From contig DAOSZO010000005.1 of the NCBI GenBank assembly GCA_035382085.1, forward strand, positions 1 to 61,676: 61,676 nt of DNA, read 5' to 3'. The first letter of the stretch is position 1. Each line of letters starts with the position of its first letter. Source of the DNA: Smithella sp. (GTDB taxonomy: Bacteria; Desulfobacterota; Syntrophia; Syntrophales; Smithellaceae). Position numbers and translations under genes: made by a program. Shown here one piece after another: positions 10,163 to 20,273 of the stretch. The notes beneath the pieces are model-generated. The model had not been told where the DNA came from and searched no databases. It saw only the letters and a list, made by a program, of their open reading frames with translations.

Positions 10163-11083
10163 ATGGCTAAAATAGGTTTTTTCGAAAAGTTGAAAACGGG
10201 TTTGACCAAAACCCGGAATGTGCTGACCCGGAATCTGGACAGTCTCATTTTCGGCAAGAGAGTTTTGGATAAGGCGCTGTTTGAAGAGCTGGAGGAACTT
10301 TTGATTGCCGCCGACATGGGGCCGCAGTTTGCCTATGATCTCATTGAAGAGGTGAAACTGCGCGTCAGCCGCAACGAACTTGACGATGCCCAGCAGATCA
10401 AGAAGGTTCTGCAGGAACGAATGACGCAGATTCTGCAAAAAATGGAAAAGCCCCTCGTGGTTCCGCGGGGCAAACCCTTCGTTATGATGACCATTGGAGT
10501 CAACGGAAGCGGAAAAACAACCACCATCGGCAAAATGGCCAATATTCTAAAAAATGACGGTCATGACGTGCTGCTGGTGGCGGCGGATACGTTTCGGGCG
10601 GCGGCGGTGGAGCAGCTTGAAATTTGGGGACAGCGCGTTGGGGTTTCTGTAATGAAGCACCAAGCGAATGCCGATCCGGCGGCGGTCGTTTTTGATGCCA
10701 TGGCAAAAATCAAAGCGGGTTTTTCCGGCGTGGTGATCGTGGATACCGCCGGGCGTCTGCACACGCGCGTCAATCTGATGGAGGAACTCAAAAAAGTAAA
10801 AAGAATCATTCAGAGAGAAGCGCCGGATATTCCTTTGGAAGTGCTCCTCATCCTGGATGCGACGACAGGCCAAAATGCCGTTGTGCAGGCCAAGACTTTT
10901 AAAGAAGAAATCGGGGCGACGGGCATCGTTTTGACCAAGCTGGACGGCACGTCCAAGGGAGGCGTCGTCGTGCGCATTGCCAGCGAACTGGCCCTGCCCG
11001 TGCGCTATATCGGCGTGGGCGAAGGCACGGATGATTTGCGCGTGTTTAACAGCGCGGATTTCACCAGAGCGCTTCTGGAGTGA
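10163..11083 (+). CDS. ftsY: Signal recognition particle receptor FtsY (NG domain only)
   Basis: GVNGSGKTTT, DTFRAAA, DTAGR and TKLDGTSKGG motifs. Confidence 0.97.
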   Translation: MAKIGFFEKLKTGLTKTRNVLTRNLDSLIFGKRVLDKALFEELEELLIAADMGPQFAYDLIEEVKLRVSRNELDDAQQIKKVLQERMTQILQKMEKPLVVPRGKPFVMMTIGVNGSGKTTTIGKMANILKNDGHDVLLVAADTFRAAAVEQLEIWGQRVGVSVMKHQANADPAAVVFDAMAKIKAGFSGVVIVDTAGRLHTRVNLMEELKKVKRIIQREAPDIPLEVLLILDATTGQNAVVQAKTFKEEIGATGIVLTKLDGTSKGGVVVRIASELALPVRYIGVGEGTDDLRVFNSADFTRALLE

Positions 11084-11110
11084 ACCATCAAGGCTGTTCC
11101 TTTGAATCTT

Positions 11111-11755
11111 ATGAATAAAATTTTTGCCGTCGGTGACATTCACGGTTGTCTGGAGAAGCTCGAGGATCTGATGGCTAAAATTGCCGTCAATAAGCATCGG
11201 GACACCCTGGTTTTTATCGGCGATTACATTGATCGCGGATATTTCTCCCGAGAGGTGGTTGATTACCTGATCGGCCTGCAGGACATCCATGGAAAGATTG
11301 TGTACCTATGCGGAAATCACGAACAGATGTTCCTGAATTATCTCAACGGCGTGGACGAGGCGCTCTATTTGGGAAACGGAGGCATCGCAACGCTTCAATC
11401 CTACGGCATCCTGCTTTCCGATGACTTAGAAAGAAGAACGGATAAAATTCCCGAGCGGCATCTGGAATTTTTCCGATCGCTTCAGTTTCATTATGAAACC
11501 GAGCATTATATCTTTGTGCATGCGGGCCTCAGACCGGGGCGGCCGCTTCGTGAACAACTTGTGGATGACCTGTTGTGGATACGGCATGAATTCATTGAAG
11601 ATGACAGTGATTTCGGGAAAACCGTCGTGTTCGGCCATACGCCCATGAGACATCTTCTGATTGACAAGCACAAAATAGGAATCGATACCGGCGCTGTCTA
11701 CGGTGGCAAGCTAACCTGCGTTGAACTGCCCGCCGTCAAAATTTATCAGGCCTGA
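11111..11755 (+). CDS. PPP-family metallophosphoesterase (Ser/Thr protein phosphatase-like)
   Basis: GDIHG, GDYIDRG, GNHE, VHAG, GHTP and IDTG motifs. Start could alternatively be TTG 11102. Confidence 0.9.
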   Translation: MNKIFAVGDIHGCLEKLEDLMAKIAVNKHRDTLVFIGDYIDRGYFSREVVDYLIGLQDIHGKIVYLCGNHEQMFLNYLNGVDEALYLGNGGIATLQSYGILLSDDLERRTDKIPERHLEFFRSLQFHYETEHYIFVHAGLRPGRPLREQLVDDLLWIRHEFIEDDSDFGKTVVFGHTPMRHLLIDKHKIGIDTGAVYGGKLTCVELPAVKIYQA

Positions 11756-11757
11756 CC

Positions 11758-12666
11758 ATGAAAATTATCGAGTGCGTGCCCAATTTCAGTGAAGGCCGAG
11801 ACGCCAAAAAAATGGCCGCGATCGCGCGGGCTATAGAATCCGTTCCCGGCGTCCGGCTGGCGGATTACAGCGGCGATGCGGATCATCACCGAAGCGTGTT
11901 TACCTTTTTGGGAAAACCGGAGGATGTGCTCAAAGCGGCGCTGGCCGGTTCCGAAAAAGCCCTGAAATTGATTGACATGCGCAAACAGTCGGGCGTTCAT
12001 CCGAGGCTGGGGGCGGTTGACGTTGTACCGTTCGTTCCGTTGGGCAGGACCAAAATGGAGGAAGCCGTCGCCCTGGCGCATCTCTTCGGCAGGCAGTTTT
12101 CCGAACGTTTTTCAGTACCTGTCTATTTTTATGGTTTGGCCGCGCTCAAGCCGCATAGAAAGGAACTGGCCGATATCCGCCGCGGCGGATATGATGCGTT
12201 GAAACAGAAAATGGATGAGATGGAAAACCTGCCTGACACAGGGGGGGCCGTGTTCAATGAAAAATCCGGCGCGACGGTTGTCGGCGCGCGGCCGCCCCTG
12301 GTTGCCTACAACATCAATCTGGCTTCGGACGATCTGGTTCTGGCGCAACATATCGCGTCGCGCATTAGGGAAAAAAATGGCGGATTCAAAAACGTGCGGG
12401 CCATCGGCGTTCTGCTCAAAAGCAGCGGCTTGGCGCAGGTTTCCATGAATCTTACAAATTGCCGCGAAACACCGCTGAAAGTTGTCTTTGACCGGGTTCA
12501 GAACTTGGCGGCCGAAAGGGGTGTGGACATCCTGGAATCGGAACTCATTGGACTGATGCCGAAGTACGCGCTGGCCGGAACAACGCCCGAATACCTGAAA
12601 CTGAAAGATTTCAGCGAGCGTCGATTGCTGGAGACGCACATCAGGGCGCTGGAAGACGCCGGTTGA
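11758..12666 (+). CDS. ftcD: Glutamate formimidoyltransferase
   Basis: IIECVPNFSEGR, DADHHRSV, GVHPRLGAVDVVPFVP, GARPPLVAYNINL, VSMNL and SELIGL motifs. No cyclodeaminase domain. Confidence 0.93.
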   Translation: MKIIECVPNFSEGRDAKKMAAIARAIESVPGVRLADYSGDADHHRSVFTFLGKPEDVLKAALAGSEKALKLIDMRKQSGVHPRLGAVDVVPFVPLGRTKMEEAVALAHLFGRQFSERFSVPVYFYGLAALKPHRKELADIRRGGYDALKQKMDEMENLPDTGGAVFNEKSGATVVGARPPLVAYNINLASDDLVLAQHIASRIREKNGGFKNVRAIGVLLKSSGLAQVSMNLTNCRETPLKVVFDRVQNLAAERGVDILESELIGLMPKYALAGTTPEYLKLKDFSERRLLETHIRALEDAG

Positions 12667-12735
12667 GAAAATGCGTTGCTTTCGGCGTTCGACAATGGGC
12701 AACGGTTGTTTCGAAATAATTATCCGAAGAATAAT

Positions 12736-13014
12736 TTATTTCTTTTTCGCCTCTTTTTTCCTGGCTTTGGCCAGCGCTTTGAGGATTTTTTTATCGGGGC
12801 CGGCGCTGTCTGTTGAAACATTCAGAACGGTCGGCATGGATTTTTCTTGAGACGCCTCTCGCTGCGGAGCCTTTTTTTCACGCCCTGCGCGCGCCTTTGC
12901 GACAATCGCCTCCGCGGCCATCCTGCCGAAATGCCCGATAAATCCGGCCACCAGAACCAACAGGACCCACTTCAGGATGGACCACGTGCCGATATACGCC
13001 CAAAAATCCTTCAT
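12736..13014 (-). CDS. Small membrane-anchored hypothetical protein
   Basis: N-terminal TM helix and Lys-rich tail. Co-oriented 11 nt downstream of the HAD gene. Confidence 0.65.
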   Translation of the reverse strand: MKDFWAYIGTWSILKWVLLVLVAGFIGHFGRMAAEAIVAKARAGREKKAPQREASQEKSMPTVLNVSTDSAGPDKKILKALAKARKKEAKKK

Positions 13015-13025
13015 TCGGTCATCCG

Positions 13026-13640
13026 TTAAATCAGCTGCAGAAGCTCCCGCGGGTTCTCAAAAAGATAATCCGGTTCCACGGCGGCCAGTTTTTCCTTGTT
13101 GTGCCAGCCCCACGTGACGGCCACTGTTTTGATGCCCGCCTGTTTGCCTTCCTTGATGTCACCGGTGGTGTCTCCGACATAGTAGATGTTCTCCGGGCGC
13201 GTGTTGTACTTCCTGGCGGCGTGGAGAATCTTTTCCTTCTTGCTGAACATAAAATCGGAGCCCAGAATATCCTGAAAATAGTTGTCGAAAGTGAGATGTT
13301 CCAACGCCTCTTTAATGGAAGCATAATCATTGGAGGAAACCACAATCAGATAATGTTTTTGATGGAGTTCTCTGATCACCGGCTCAATATCCGGAAACGG
13401 TTTCATGTCCCGGATGTTTACCTTTGCCAGAATCTCTTCGGCGGATTTCATAAAAACGTCCAAGTCGATTCCTTTGTTTTTCAGCGATTCATAAAAATTA
13501 TCTTCAAAGAGTTCCAGAAATTCTTCTCGGGTTGTAACAATGGGTTGCTTGATCTTTTGGAGATTTTCCTTCACGGTTTTTTCATAAACTTCCAGGGAAT
13601 CCACCAGCACTCCGTCAAAATCAAAAAGGAACAATTTCAT
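13026..13640 (-). CDS. HAD-family hydrolase (phosphoglycolate phosphatase-like)
   Basis: FDFDGVL motif I, VVSSN motif II, YVGDTTGD motif IV. Overlaps the mtnA stop. Confidence 0.9.
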   Translation of the reverse strand: MKLFLFDFDGVLVDSLEVYEKTVKENLQKIKQPIVTTREEFLELFEDNFYESLKNKGIDLDVFMKSAEEILAKVNIRDMKPFPDIEPVIRELHQKHYLIVVSSNDYASIKEALEHLTFDNYFQDILGSDFMFSKKEKILHAARKYNTRPENIYYVGDTTGDIKEGKQAGIKTVAVTWGWHNKEKLAAVEPDYLFENPRELLQLI

Positions 13641-14689
13641 GAATGCTTTTCTCCTTGATGCAAACGGGCAATGGAGTTGCGAAAGGGTTTTCTGAGAATT
13701 CCTTTTTCCGTGATGATGGCCGTGATCAATTTCGCTGGCGTGACGTCGAAGGCCGGATTGTAGGCGGTGGTGCCTTTCGGCGCGCAGGGGGCGCCGTTGA
13801 AGCGGGTGACCTCCGTGCCGTTTCGCTCTTCGATGGGGATTTGCCGGCCGGTCCTTAAAGCGGTGTCCATGGTGGCCAGAGGGGCGGCGATGTAGAAAGG
13901 CACCCCATGAGCTTTAGCCAGAACAGCAAGCGTATAGGTGCCGATTTTGTTGGCGGCGTCGCCGTTGGCGGCGATTCGGTCCGCGCCTACGATGATTTTG
14001 TCGATTTTGCCCTGCTGCATCAGAAATCCGGCCATGTTGTCGGTGATCAGCGTGAAAGGAATCTTTTCTTTTTTCAGCTCCCAGGCGGTGAGCCGCGCTC
14101 CCTGCAAAACGGGTCGGGTCTCATCCACGAAAATGTGCAGTTTCTTCCCCTGTTGCGCCGCCGCCCGGATGACGCCCAGCGCCGTGCCGTATCCGGCGGT
14201 GGCCAGCGCGCCGGCGTTGCAATGGGTCAAAACGTTGTCGCCGTCCGCCAGCAGGACACTGCCGTGACTGCCCATCCGGCGGTTTGCGGAAATATCTTCT
14301 TCGCAGATCCGCCGGGCTTCGCGGATGAGATTCGCCACGCGCTTTGGTTGATCGGCCGAGGACGTCTTTCGGGCAACCCGCTTCATGCGATCCAGTGCCC
14401 AGAAAAGATTGCGCGCCGTGGGGCGGGCCTGTGATATCTCATCGCAGACGGCTTCAAATCTTTTGTCGAATTGTTCCGGCGGCAATGGAGGCAGCTCAAG
14501 GGCGCCCAACGCCGCGCCCAGCGCCGCGGCAACGCCGATGGCGGGTGCGCCGCGTATGGTCAGGTTTTTGATGGCGACAATCACGTCCCGGTATGATCGG
14601 CAGACGATGAGTTTTTCGACCAGCGGCAAGGCGTTCTGATCAATCATCACCACCGAGTTTTTTTTCCAGAAAATCGTTCTGATCATCAT
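13637..14689 (-). CDS. mtnA: S-methyl-5-thioribose-1-phosphate isomerase
   Basis: [44 protein letters not shown] and NPAFDVTP motifs. Confidence 0.95.
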   Translation of the reverse strand: MMIRTIFWKKNSVVMIDQNALPLVEKLIVCRSYRDVIVAIKNLTIRGAPAIGVAAALGAALGALELPPLPPEQFDKRFEAVCDEISQARPTARNLFWALDRMKRVARKTSSADQPKRVANLIREARRICEEDISANRRMGSHGSVLLADGDNVLTHCNAGALATAGYGTALGVIRAAAQQGKKLHIFVDETRPVLQGARLTAWELKKEKIPFTLITDNMAGFLMQQGKIDKIIVGADRIAANGDAANKIGTYTLAVLAKAHGVPFYIAAPLATMDTALRTGRQIPIEERNGTEVTRFNGAPCAPKGTTAYNPAFDVTPAKLITAIITEKGILRKPFRNSIARLHQGEKHS

Positions 14690-16116
14690 CCGGCAAGCAG
14701 TTTTTTGAGAAGTTCATTGACCAGCCTGGGATTCGCTTTCCCCTGCGTTGCTTTCATGATCTGGCCGACGAAGAAGCCGAAAACCTTCTCTTTTCCTCCG
14801 CGGTATTCCGCAACCTGGGCCTGATTATTTTCCAGGATGGCCGTAATGGTCTTCGTCAGCTCGGCCTCGTCCGTAATCTGCACCAGTCCTTTTTCCCGGA
14901 TGATGGTCTGCGGTGGCTTTCCGGTCTGATACATTTCCTCGACGATGTCTTTGGCCATTTTCCCGCTGATCGTTCCTTCGTCGATGAGCTTGATCATCTC
15001 CGCGAGGTCCTCCGGTTTGATGGGACAGGCCCGGATGTCACGCTTGTCGTCGTTGAGGAAACGCATCACGTCGCCCATGATCCAGTTGCTGGCGGCTTTG
15101 GGCTTTCGGCAGCGTTTCGCCACGTCCTCGAAATAGTCGGCCAGCGCCCGGTCTGACGTCAGCACACCCGCGTCGTAGGCGGGGATCTCGTAATCCCTGA
15201 TGAATCGTTCCCTTTTCGCCGACGGCAGTTCGGGCAGGGAATTTCTGATAGCCTGGACCCAGGCGTCATCAATCACGATAGGCACCAGATCCGGATCGGG
15301 GAAATACCGGTAGTCGTGAGCCTCTTCCTTGCCGCGCATGGAGTTGGTCACGCCCTGCGCGTCGTCCCACAGGCGGGTTTCCTGAATCACCTCCCCGCCG
15401 TTTTCCACGATGTAGCGCTGCCGCTTGATTTCATACTCCAGCGCGCGCTGGACATTGCGGAAGGAATTCAGGTTCTTGAGTTCTGTCCGGGTGCCGTATT
15501 CTTTTTGACCGAGCGGACGGATTGAGACGTTGGCGTCGCAACGGAAGGAGCCTTCCTCCATGTTTCCGTCGCAGATTTCCAGGTAAACGAGAATTTCGTG
15601 GAGACTTTTGAGGTATTCCGCCGCTTCCTCCGGCGAGCGGATATCGGGCTCGCTGACGATTTCGATGAGCGGCACGCCGGTGCGGTTCAGATCCACGTAA
15701 CTGACCGGATTGTGTTCGTCATGTAGAAGTTTTCCGGCGTCTTCCTCCATGTGAATTCTGGTGATGCCGATTTTTTTTCGACCGCCGTCGGTCTCCACCA
15801 TGACATGGCCGTGTTCCGCGAGCGGACGGGCGTACTGCGAGATCTGATAGCCCTTGGGCAGATCGGGATAGAAATAATTCTTCCGGGCGAACTCGCACGA
15901 CGGATTGATGACGCAGTGGGTCGCCAGAGCCATTTTCATGGCGTATTCCACGACTTTTTTGTTCAGCACCGGCAGAACGCCCGGCATACCCAGACAGACG
16001 GGGCAGGTATGGCTGTTGGGCGTCGCGCCGAATTTGGCACAGCAGCCGCAGAAGATTTTTGTTTCGGTGAGCAGTTGGGCGTGAACTTCCAACCCGATAA
16101 TCGCTTCGAACTCCAT
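14686..16116 (-). CDS. gatB: Asp/Glu-tRNA amidotransferase subunit B
   Basis: [31 protein letters not shown] and YRYFPDPDL motifs. Confidence 0.98.
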   Translation of the reverse strand: MEFEAIIGLEVHAQLLTETKIFCGCCAKFGATPNSHTCPVCLGMPGVLPVLNKKVVEYAMKMALATHCVINPSCEFARKNYFYPDLPKGYQISQYARPLAEHGHVMVETDGGRKKIGITRIHMEEDAGKLLHDEHNPVSYVDLNRTGVPLIEIVSEPDIRSPEEAAEYLKSLHEILVYLEICDGNMEEGSFRCDANVSIRPLGQKEYGTRTELKNLNSFRNVQRALEYEIKRQRYIVENGGEVIQETRLWDDAQGVTNSMRGKEEAHDYRYFPDPDLVPIVIDDAWVQAIRNSLPELPSAKRERFIRDYEIPAYDAGVLTSDRALADYFEDVAKRCRKPKAASNWIMGDVMRFLNDDKRDIRACPIKPEDLAEMIKLIDEGTISGKMAKDIVEEMYQTGKPPQTIIREKGLVQITDEAELTKTITAILENNQAQVAEYRGGKEKVFGFFVGQIMKATQGKANPRLVNELLKKLLAG

Positions 16117-17573
16117 TATAAAGCCGGCCTCCTCTTTTCAAGATTGGCATTTTTTTCAAAGGCAGAGGCGATTTGGATCAGTTTGCCTTCCTCGAAGGGG
16201 CCGCCGAGGAACTGAATGCCGATCGGCAGACCGCCTTGGGTGAATCCGCCGGGCACCGATATGCCGGGAATGCCCGCCAGATTGGCGGAGATCGTGAAGA
16301 TGTCGGAAAGATACATCTGCAGGGGATCGTCGGTCTTTTCGCCGATTTTGAAAGCCGGCGTCGGCGTGGTCGGCGTCATGAGAACGTCGCATTGCCTGAA
16401 CGCTTCTTCGAAATCTTTCCGGATCAGTGTGCGCACCTGCGACGCTTTTTTGTAATAGGCGTCGTAATAACCGGCGGACAGGGCGTACGTGCCGATCATG
16501 ATCCGTCGTTTTACCTCCGCGCCGAATCCCTGCATCCGCGTTTTCTGGTACATGTCAAGCAGTTCGCGGGTCTCCGGGGCGCGGAAACCGTATCGGACAC
16601 CGTCATAGCGCGCCAAGTTGGAGCTGGCTTCCGCCGGAGCGATGATATAATACGTGGCCACGCAATAGGGGGTGTGCGGCAGCGAAACATCCACGCATTT
16701 CGCCCCGGCGTTTTCCATGACCGCCATCGCGTTTTTCAGCGAAGCGCTGATTTCCGGATCGATGCCTTCCACGACGTATTCTCTGGGAATACCGATTTTC
16801 CAGCCCCGGATGTCACGGCCAAGAAACTGCCGGTAGTCGGGGACATCCGCGTTGACGGACGTCGATTCCCGGGGGTCATATCCGGCCAGAACATTCATCA
16901 TTACGGCACAGTCTTCCACGTCTTTGGTAAACGGGCCGATTTGATCCAGCGACGAGGCAAAGGCAATCAGCCCGAAGCGCGATACGCGCCCGTAGGTGGG
17001 TTTCATTCCGACCACGCCGCACAGCGCCGCGGGTTGGCGGATGGAGCCGCCGGTGTCGGAGCCGATGGAGGCAATGCATTCATCGGCGGCCACCGCCGCC
17101 GCGGAACCTCCGCTGGAGCCGCCGGGGATGCGCTCCAGATCCCAGGGGTTGCGCGTGGGGCCAAAATATGATGTTTCCGTGGAGGACCCCATGGCGAATT
17201 CGTCCATGTTGGCCTTGCCGACAAAGATCGCTCCGGCCTCGAGCAGTTTTTCCACGACAGTGGCGTTGTACGGCGGGACAAAATTGTGCAGAATATGCGA
17301 GCCGCACGTCGTGGCGACGCCACGGGTGCAGACGATGTCTTTTAACGCGATGGGGATTCCGCTCAACGGTTTGAGGCGGCCTTGTTTGATGTCCGCGTCC
17401 GCCCGGGCGGCGGCGGCGAAGGCATCGTCCTTCATCAGACGGATGTAGGCGTGAACCCTATCCTCCACGGCTTCGATTCTGGAGAAAACCGATGCGGTGA
17501 TCTGCGTCGCGGTGACGTCGCCATTTTTTATTTTGTCCTGCAGCTCATGAATGGTGAATTGATAAAGCTCCAT
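16116..17573 (-). CDS. gatA: Asp/Glu-tRNA amidotransferase subunit A
   Basis: [21 protein letters not shown] and [11 protein letters not shown] amidase signature. Confidence 0.98.
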   Translation of the reverse strand: MELYQFTIHELQDKIKNGDVTATQITASVFSRIEAVEDRVHAYIRLMKDDAFAAAARADADIKQGRLKPLSGIPIALKDIVCTRGVATTCGSHILHNFVPPYNATVVEKLLEAGAIFVGKANMDEFAMGSSTETSYFGPTRNPWDLERIPGGSSGGSAAAVAADECIASIGSDTGGSIRQPAALCGVVGMKPTYGRVSRFGLIAFASSLDQIGPFTKDVEDCAVMMNVLAGYDPRESTSVNADVPDYRQFLGRDIRGWKIGIPREYVVEGIDPEISASLKNAMAVMENAGAKCVDVSLPHTPYCVATYYIIAPAEASSNLARYDGVRYGFRAPETRELLDMYQKTRMQGFGAEVKRRIMIGTYALSAGYYDAYYKKASQVRTLIRKDFEEAFRQCDVLMTPTTPTPAFKIGEKTDDPLQMYLSDIFTISANLAGIPGISVPGGFTQGGLPIGIQFLGGPFEEGKLIQIASAFEKNANLEKRRPAL

Positions 17574-17630
17574 AATTTCTTTCTCATATTTGACGGATTT
17601 TTTAATGACACAAGACTTCCGAAGGCGTCC

Positions 17631-17918
17631 TCAATCGATGACTTTCGGCACGCGGAAAAAATCCCCGCGCGCGTCCGGCGCGTTGGCCAGAGACGCCTGG
17701 GTGCCGATGGAATCCAGGATTTTATCTTCGCGGAAAGCATTGGTGACGGAAATCGCGTGGCTGGTCGGTTCTACGCCGTCCGTATTCAGCTCATTCAGCT
17801 GGTCTATGTAAAGCAGAATGTCATTGAGCTGGGCCGTGAATTTTTCCTTTTCCTCCTCGGTGATTGCCAGACGGGCCAGATGGGCGACGTACTCGACTTC
17901 CTTTGCACTGATTTTCAC
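17631..17918 (-). CDS. gatC: Asp/Glu-tRNA amidotransferase subunit C
   Basis: VAHLARL, TDGVEPT, FRED and FRVPKVI motifs; immediately upstream of gatA. Confidence 0.97.
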   Translation of the reverse strand: MKISAKEVEYVAHLARLAITEEEKEKFTAQLNDILLYIDQLNELNTDGVEPTSHAISVTNAFREDKILDSIGTQASLANAPDARGDFFRVPKVID

Positions 17919-17934
17919 TGCGCTTTCTCCTTTT

Positions 17935-18990
17935 CTAAAACACTTTCCAGTAGGGGCTGATTTTGGCGACGACTCTATCGATTAAGGGAATCGCCTCTTC
18001 GTTTGCTTCTTTTTCCAGCAGAGCCAGCCGTTCTTCGGAATAATAGGTTTCATCCAGCATCTCCTGCAGCACCGCCTTGACCGACCGCATCAATCCCGTC
18101 AGGTGATAGCCGCCTTCCAGCACGGCCACCAGGCGCCCGTGGCAGCAGGCATCGGCGATGTTGAGTAAAACGCGCGTCATGGCGGCGTATCCGTCAGGGG
18201 TGACCTGCATACCGCCCAGAGGATCCTGAAAATACGTGTCGAATCCCGCGGACAGCAGAACCAGTTCCGGATTGAACTCCAGCGCCAGCGGCTTGAGAAT
18301 TTTGCGGAATATTTTTATGTATGAACCGTCCCCGTGGCCGGTGCTCAACGGAATGTTCACCGTGTAATATTCTCCCTGTCCCCGGCCGATTTCCTGCAGG
18401 CTGCCCGTTCCGGGATAGTAGGGATACTGATGCGTGGAAAAATACAAAACACGCGGATCGCTGTAGAAACTATGCTGGGTTCCGTTGCCGTGATGCAGAT
18501 CCCAGTCCACAATGAGGATTCTTTTTAATTTGTATTTCGACATGGCGTGCATGGCGCCGATGGCGACATTATTGAAGATGCAAAACCCCGCCGCGGTGTC
18601 TTTCTCCGCGTGATGCCCCGGAGGGCGCACAAAGGCGAAGGCGTTGTCCACGTCGCCGTCCATCACGGCGTCAATGGCATTACACAGACCTCCTACGGCC
18701 AGTTTTGCCGTTTCATAACTGTCCGCGTTCGTGGAGGTGTCGGGGTCGAGGTAGACACTGCGTTTTCCCGCCGTGCCGGCGACGAACTCAACGTAAGCAG
18801 GAGTGTGAATCGCTTCGATTTCCTGATGGCTGGCTTCCCGCGGTTCTATTTCCGTGAATTTCCATGACATCAGGGGATTTTCCAGCATTTCGTAAATGAC
18901 CGCCAATCTTTCCGGGCTTTCGGGATGGGCAAAACCGCAGGAATGCCGTAAATACCTTCTATCCTTTACGATACCTGTTTTTCTGGACAC
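17935..18990 (-). CDS. Histone deacetylase-family (AcuC/HDAH-like) Zn-dependent deacylase
   Basis: HPESPER, RPPGHHA, GFCIFNN, DWDLHHGNGT, SAGFD and LEGGY motifs. Confidence 0.93.
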   Translation of the reverse strand: MSRKTGIVKDRRYLRHSCGFAHPESPERLAVIYEMLENPLMSWKFTEIEPREASHQEIEAIHTPAYVEFVAGTAGKRSVYLDPDTSTNADSYETAKLAVGGLCNAIDAVMDGDVDNAFAFVRPPGHHAEKDTAAGFCIFNNVAIGAMHAMSKYKLKRILIVDWDLHHGNGTQHSFYSDPRVLYFSTHQYPYYPGTGSLQEIGRGQGEYYTVNIPLSTGHGDGSYIKIFRKILKPLALEFNPELVLLSAGFDTYFQDPLGGMQVTPDGYAAMTRVLLNIADACCHGRLVAVLEGGYHLTGLMRSVKAVLQEMLDETYYSEERLALLEKEANEEAIPLIDRVVAKISPYWKVF

Positions 18991-19152
18991 CTAGACCTTC
19001 TTTCTTGACACATTTTTTTGTTCGCTTACCATAAATGATGGAAAAGAGCAAAAGATTTAACTTTCATGGCTGGTTTTTGTCCGGGAAAAGATATTGACAA
19101 AAGCACCAATCAATATATAGATGTTCAAGACGTAGAGAAGGGAGATTTGTCT

Positions 19153-19386
19153 GTGTTCGGCATAGGGATGCAGGAGCTTATCATCATTGTGATTATTGCA
19201 CTTTTGATTGTCGGTCCCAAGAAGCTACCCGATATGGCTAAATCCCTGGGCAAAGGCTTGAATGAATTTCGCAGGGCGGCCGAGGGGCTGACGGAAGACA
19301 TCAAAGAAACCATCAAGGTGGATGATGAAAAAAAGCCGGAGGATCCCTTGAATGGATCCCGGCAGGTGAAAAAAAACGATTCTTAA
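19153..19386 (+). CDS. tatA: Twin-arginine translocase TatA/TatB-family subunit
   Basis: GTG 19153 downstream of an AAGGGAG RBS gives MFGIGMQELIIIVIIALLIVGPKKLP, followed by the amphipathic helix; precedes tatC. Confidence 0.9.
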   Translation: MFGIGMQELIIIVIIALLIVGPKKLPDMAKSLGKGLNEFRRAAEGLTEDIKETIKVDDEKKPEDPLNGSRQVKKNDS

Positions 19387-19467
19387 AATTTCCCGTCAAA
19401 TTAACCCGATGATTTTCCCATCCGCTGTTTTTTGGTGATTTTGGGCAAAGCGCGAAATTATAGTGTT

Positions 19468-20253
19468 ATGGAAAGTAATGAAGCGATGGACGAAAAGGTC
19501 AGTTCTGATGAAACTGAGAATACGGAAGATGTGAAGATGTCTCTGACCGAACATCTGATGGAGTTGCGCAAAAGGCTTGTCCGCTCCCTGATGGCTCTTC
19601 TCCTCGGATTCGGCGTCTGTTATTACTTTAAGGATTATATTTTTGATGTCATCACCCGTCCGCTGACCCGGGTGTTGCCCAAAAGCAGTTATCTGATTTA
19701 CACCGGAATGACGGAAGCGTTTTTCACCTATATGAAAATAGCTTTCTTTGCGTCTTTGATCCTGACCAGCCCCTTTATTCTTTACCAGATCTGGAAATTT
19801 ATCGCACCGGGACTATTGCCCAAGGAAAGGCAACTGGTCGTTCCGTTCGTGGTTTCCTCGACGGCGCTGTTTGTCAGCGGCGTGTTGTTCGGCTATTTTA
19901 TCGTGTTGCCCCCGGCTTTCAAATTTTTTGTCAGTTTCAATAATCAGTACCTGCAGGCGCTTTTGTCCTTTAAGGATTACCTGTCCCTTTTTGTGACCTT
20001 TTTGCTCGGCTTCGGCATATCCTTTGAATTACCGATTTTTATTTTTTTTCTGACCAAGCTCGGCGTGGTCAATCCCCGGTTGCTTTCGCAACAGAGAAGA
20101 TACGCGATTTTGGTTATCTTCATCGTCGCCGCGGTTCTGACGCCGTCGCCGGATGCGTTAAGTCAGATTTTGATGGCCATTCCCTTGCTGTTTTTGTATG
20201 AAGTGAGCATTTTCGTGTCGAAGTTTGCCCAGAAGAAAGAAAAAGTTTCCTGA
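19468..20253 (+). CDS. tatC: Twin-arginine translocase subunit TatC
   Basis: MSLTEHLMELRKRL, EAFFTYMK, APGL, FELP and LTPSPD motifs. Exact start uncertain (19468 or 19486). Confidence 0.96.
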   Translation: MESNEAMDEKVSSDETENTEDVKMSLTEHLMELRKRLVRSLMALLLGFGVCYYFKDYIFDVITRPLTRVLPKSSYLIYTGMTEAFFTYMKIAFFASLILTSPFILYQIWKFIAPGLLPKERQLVVPFVVSSTALFVSGVLFGYFIVLPPAFKFFVSFNNQYLQALLSFKDYLSLFVTFLLGFGISFELPIFIFFLTKLGVVNPRLLSQQRRYAILVIFIVAAVLTPSPDALSQILMAIPLLFLYEVSIFVSKFAQKKEKVS

Positions 20254-20273
20254 TCCTGCCGTAGGTTTAGAAG

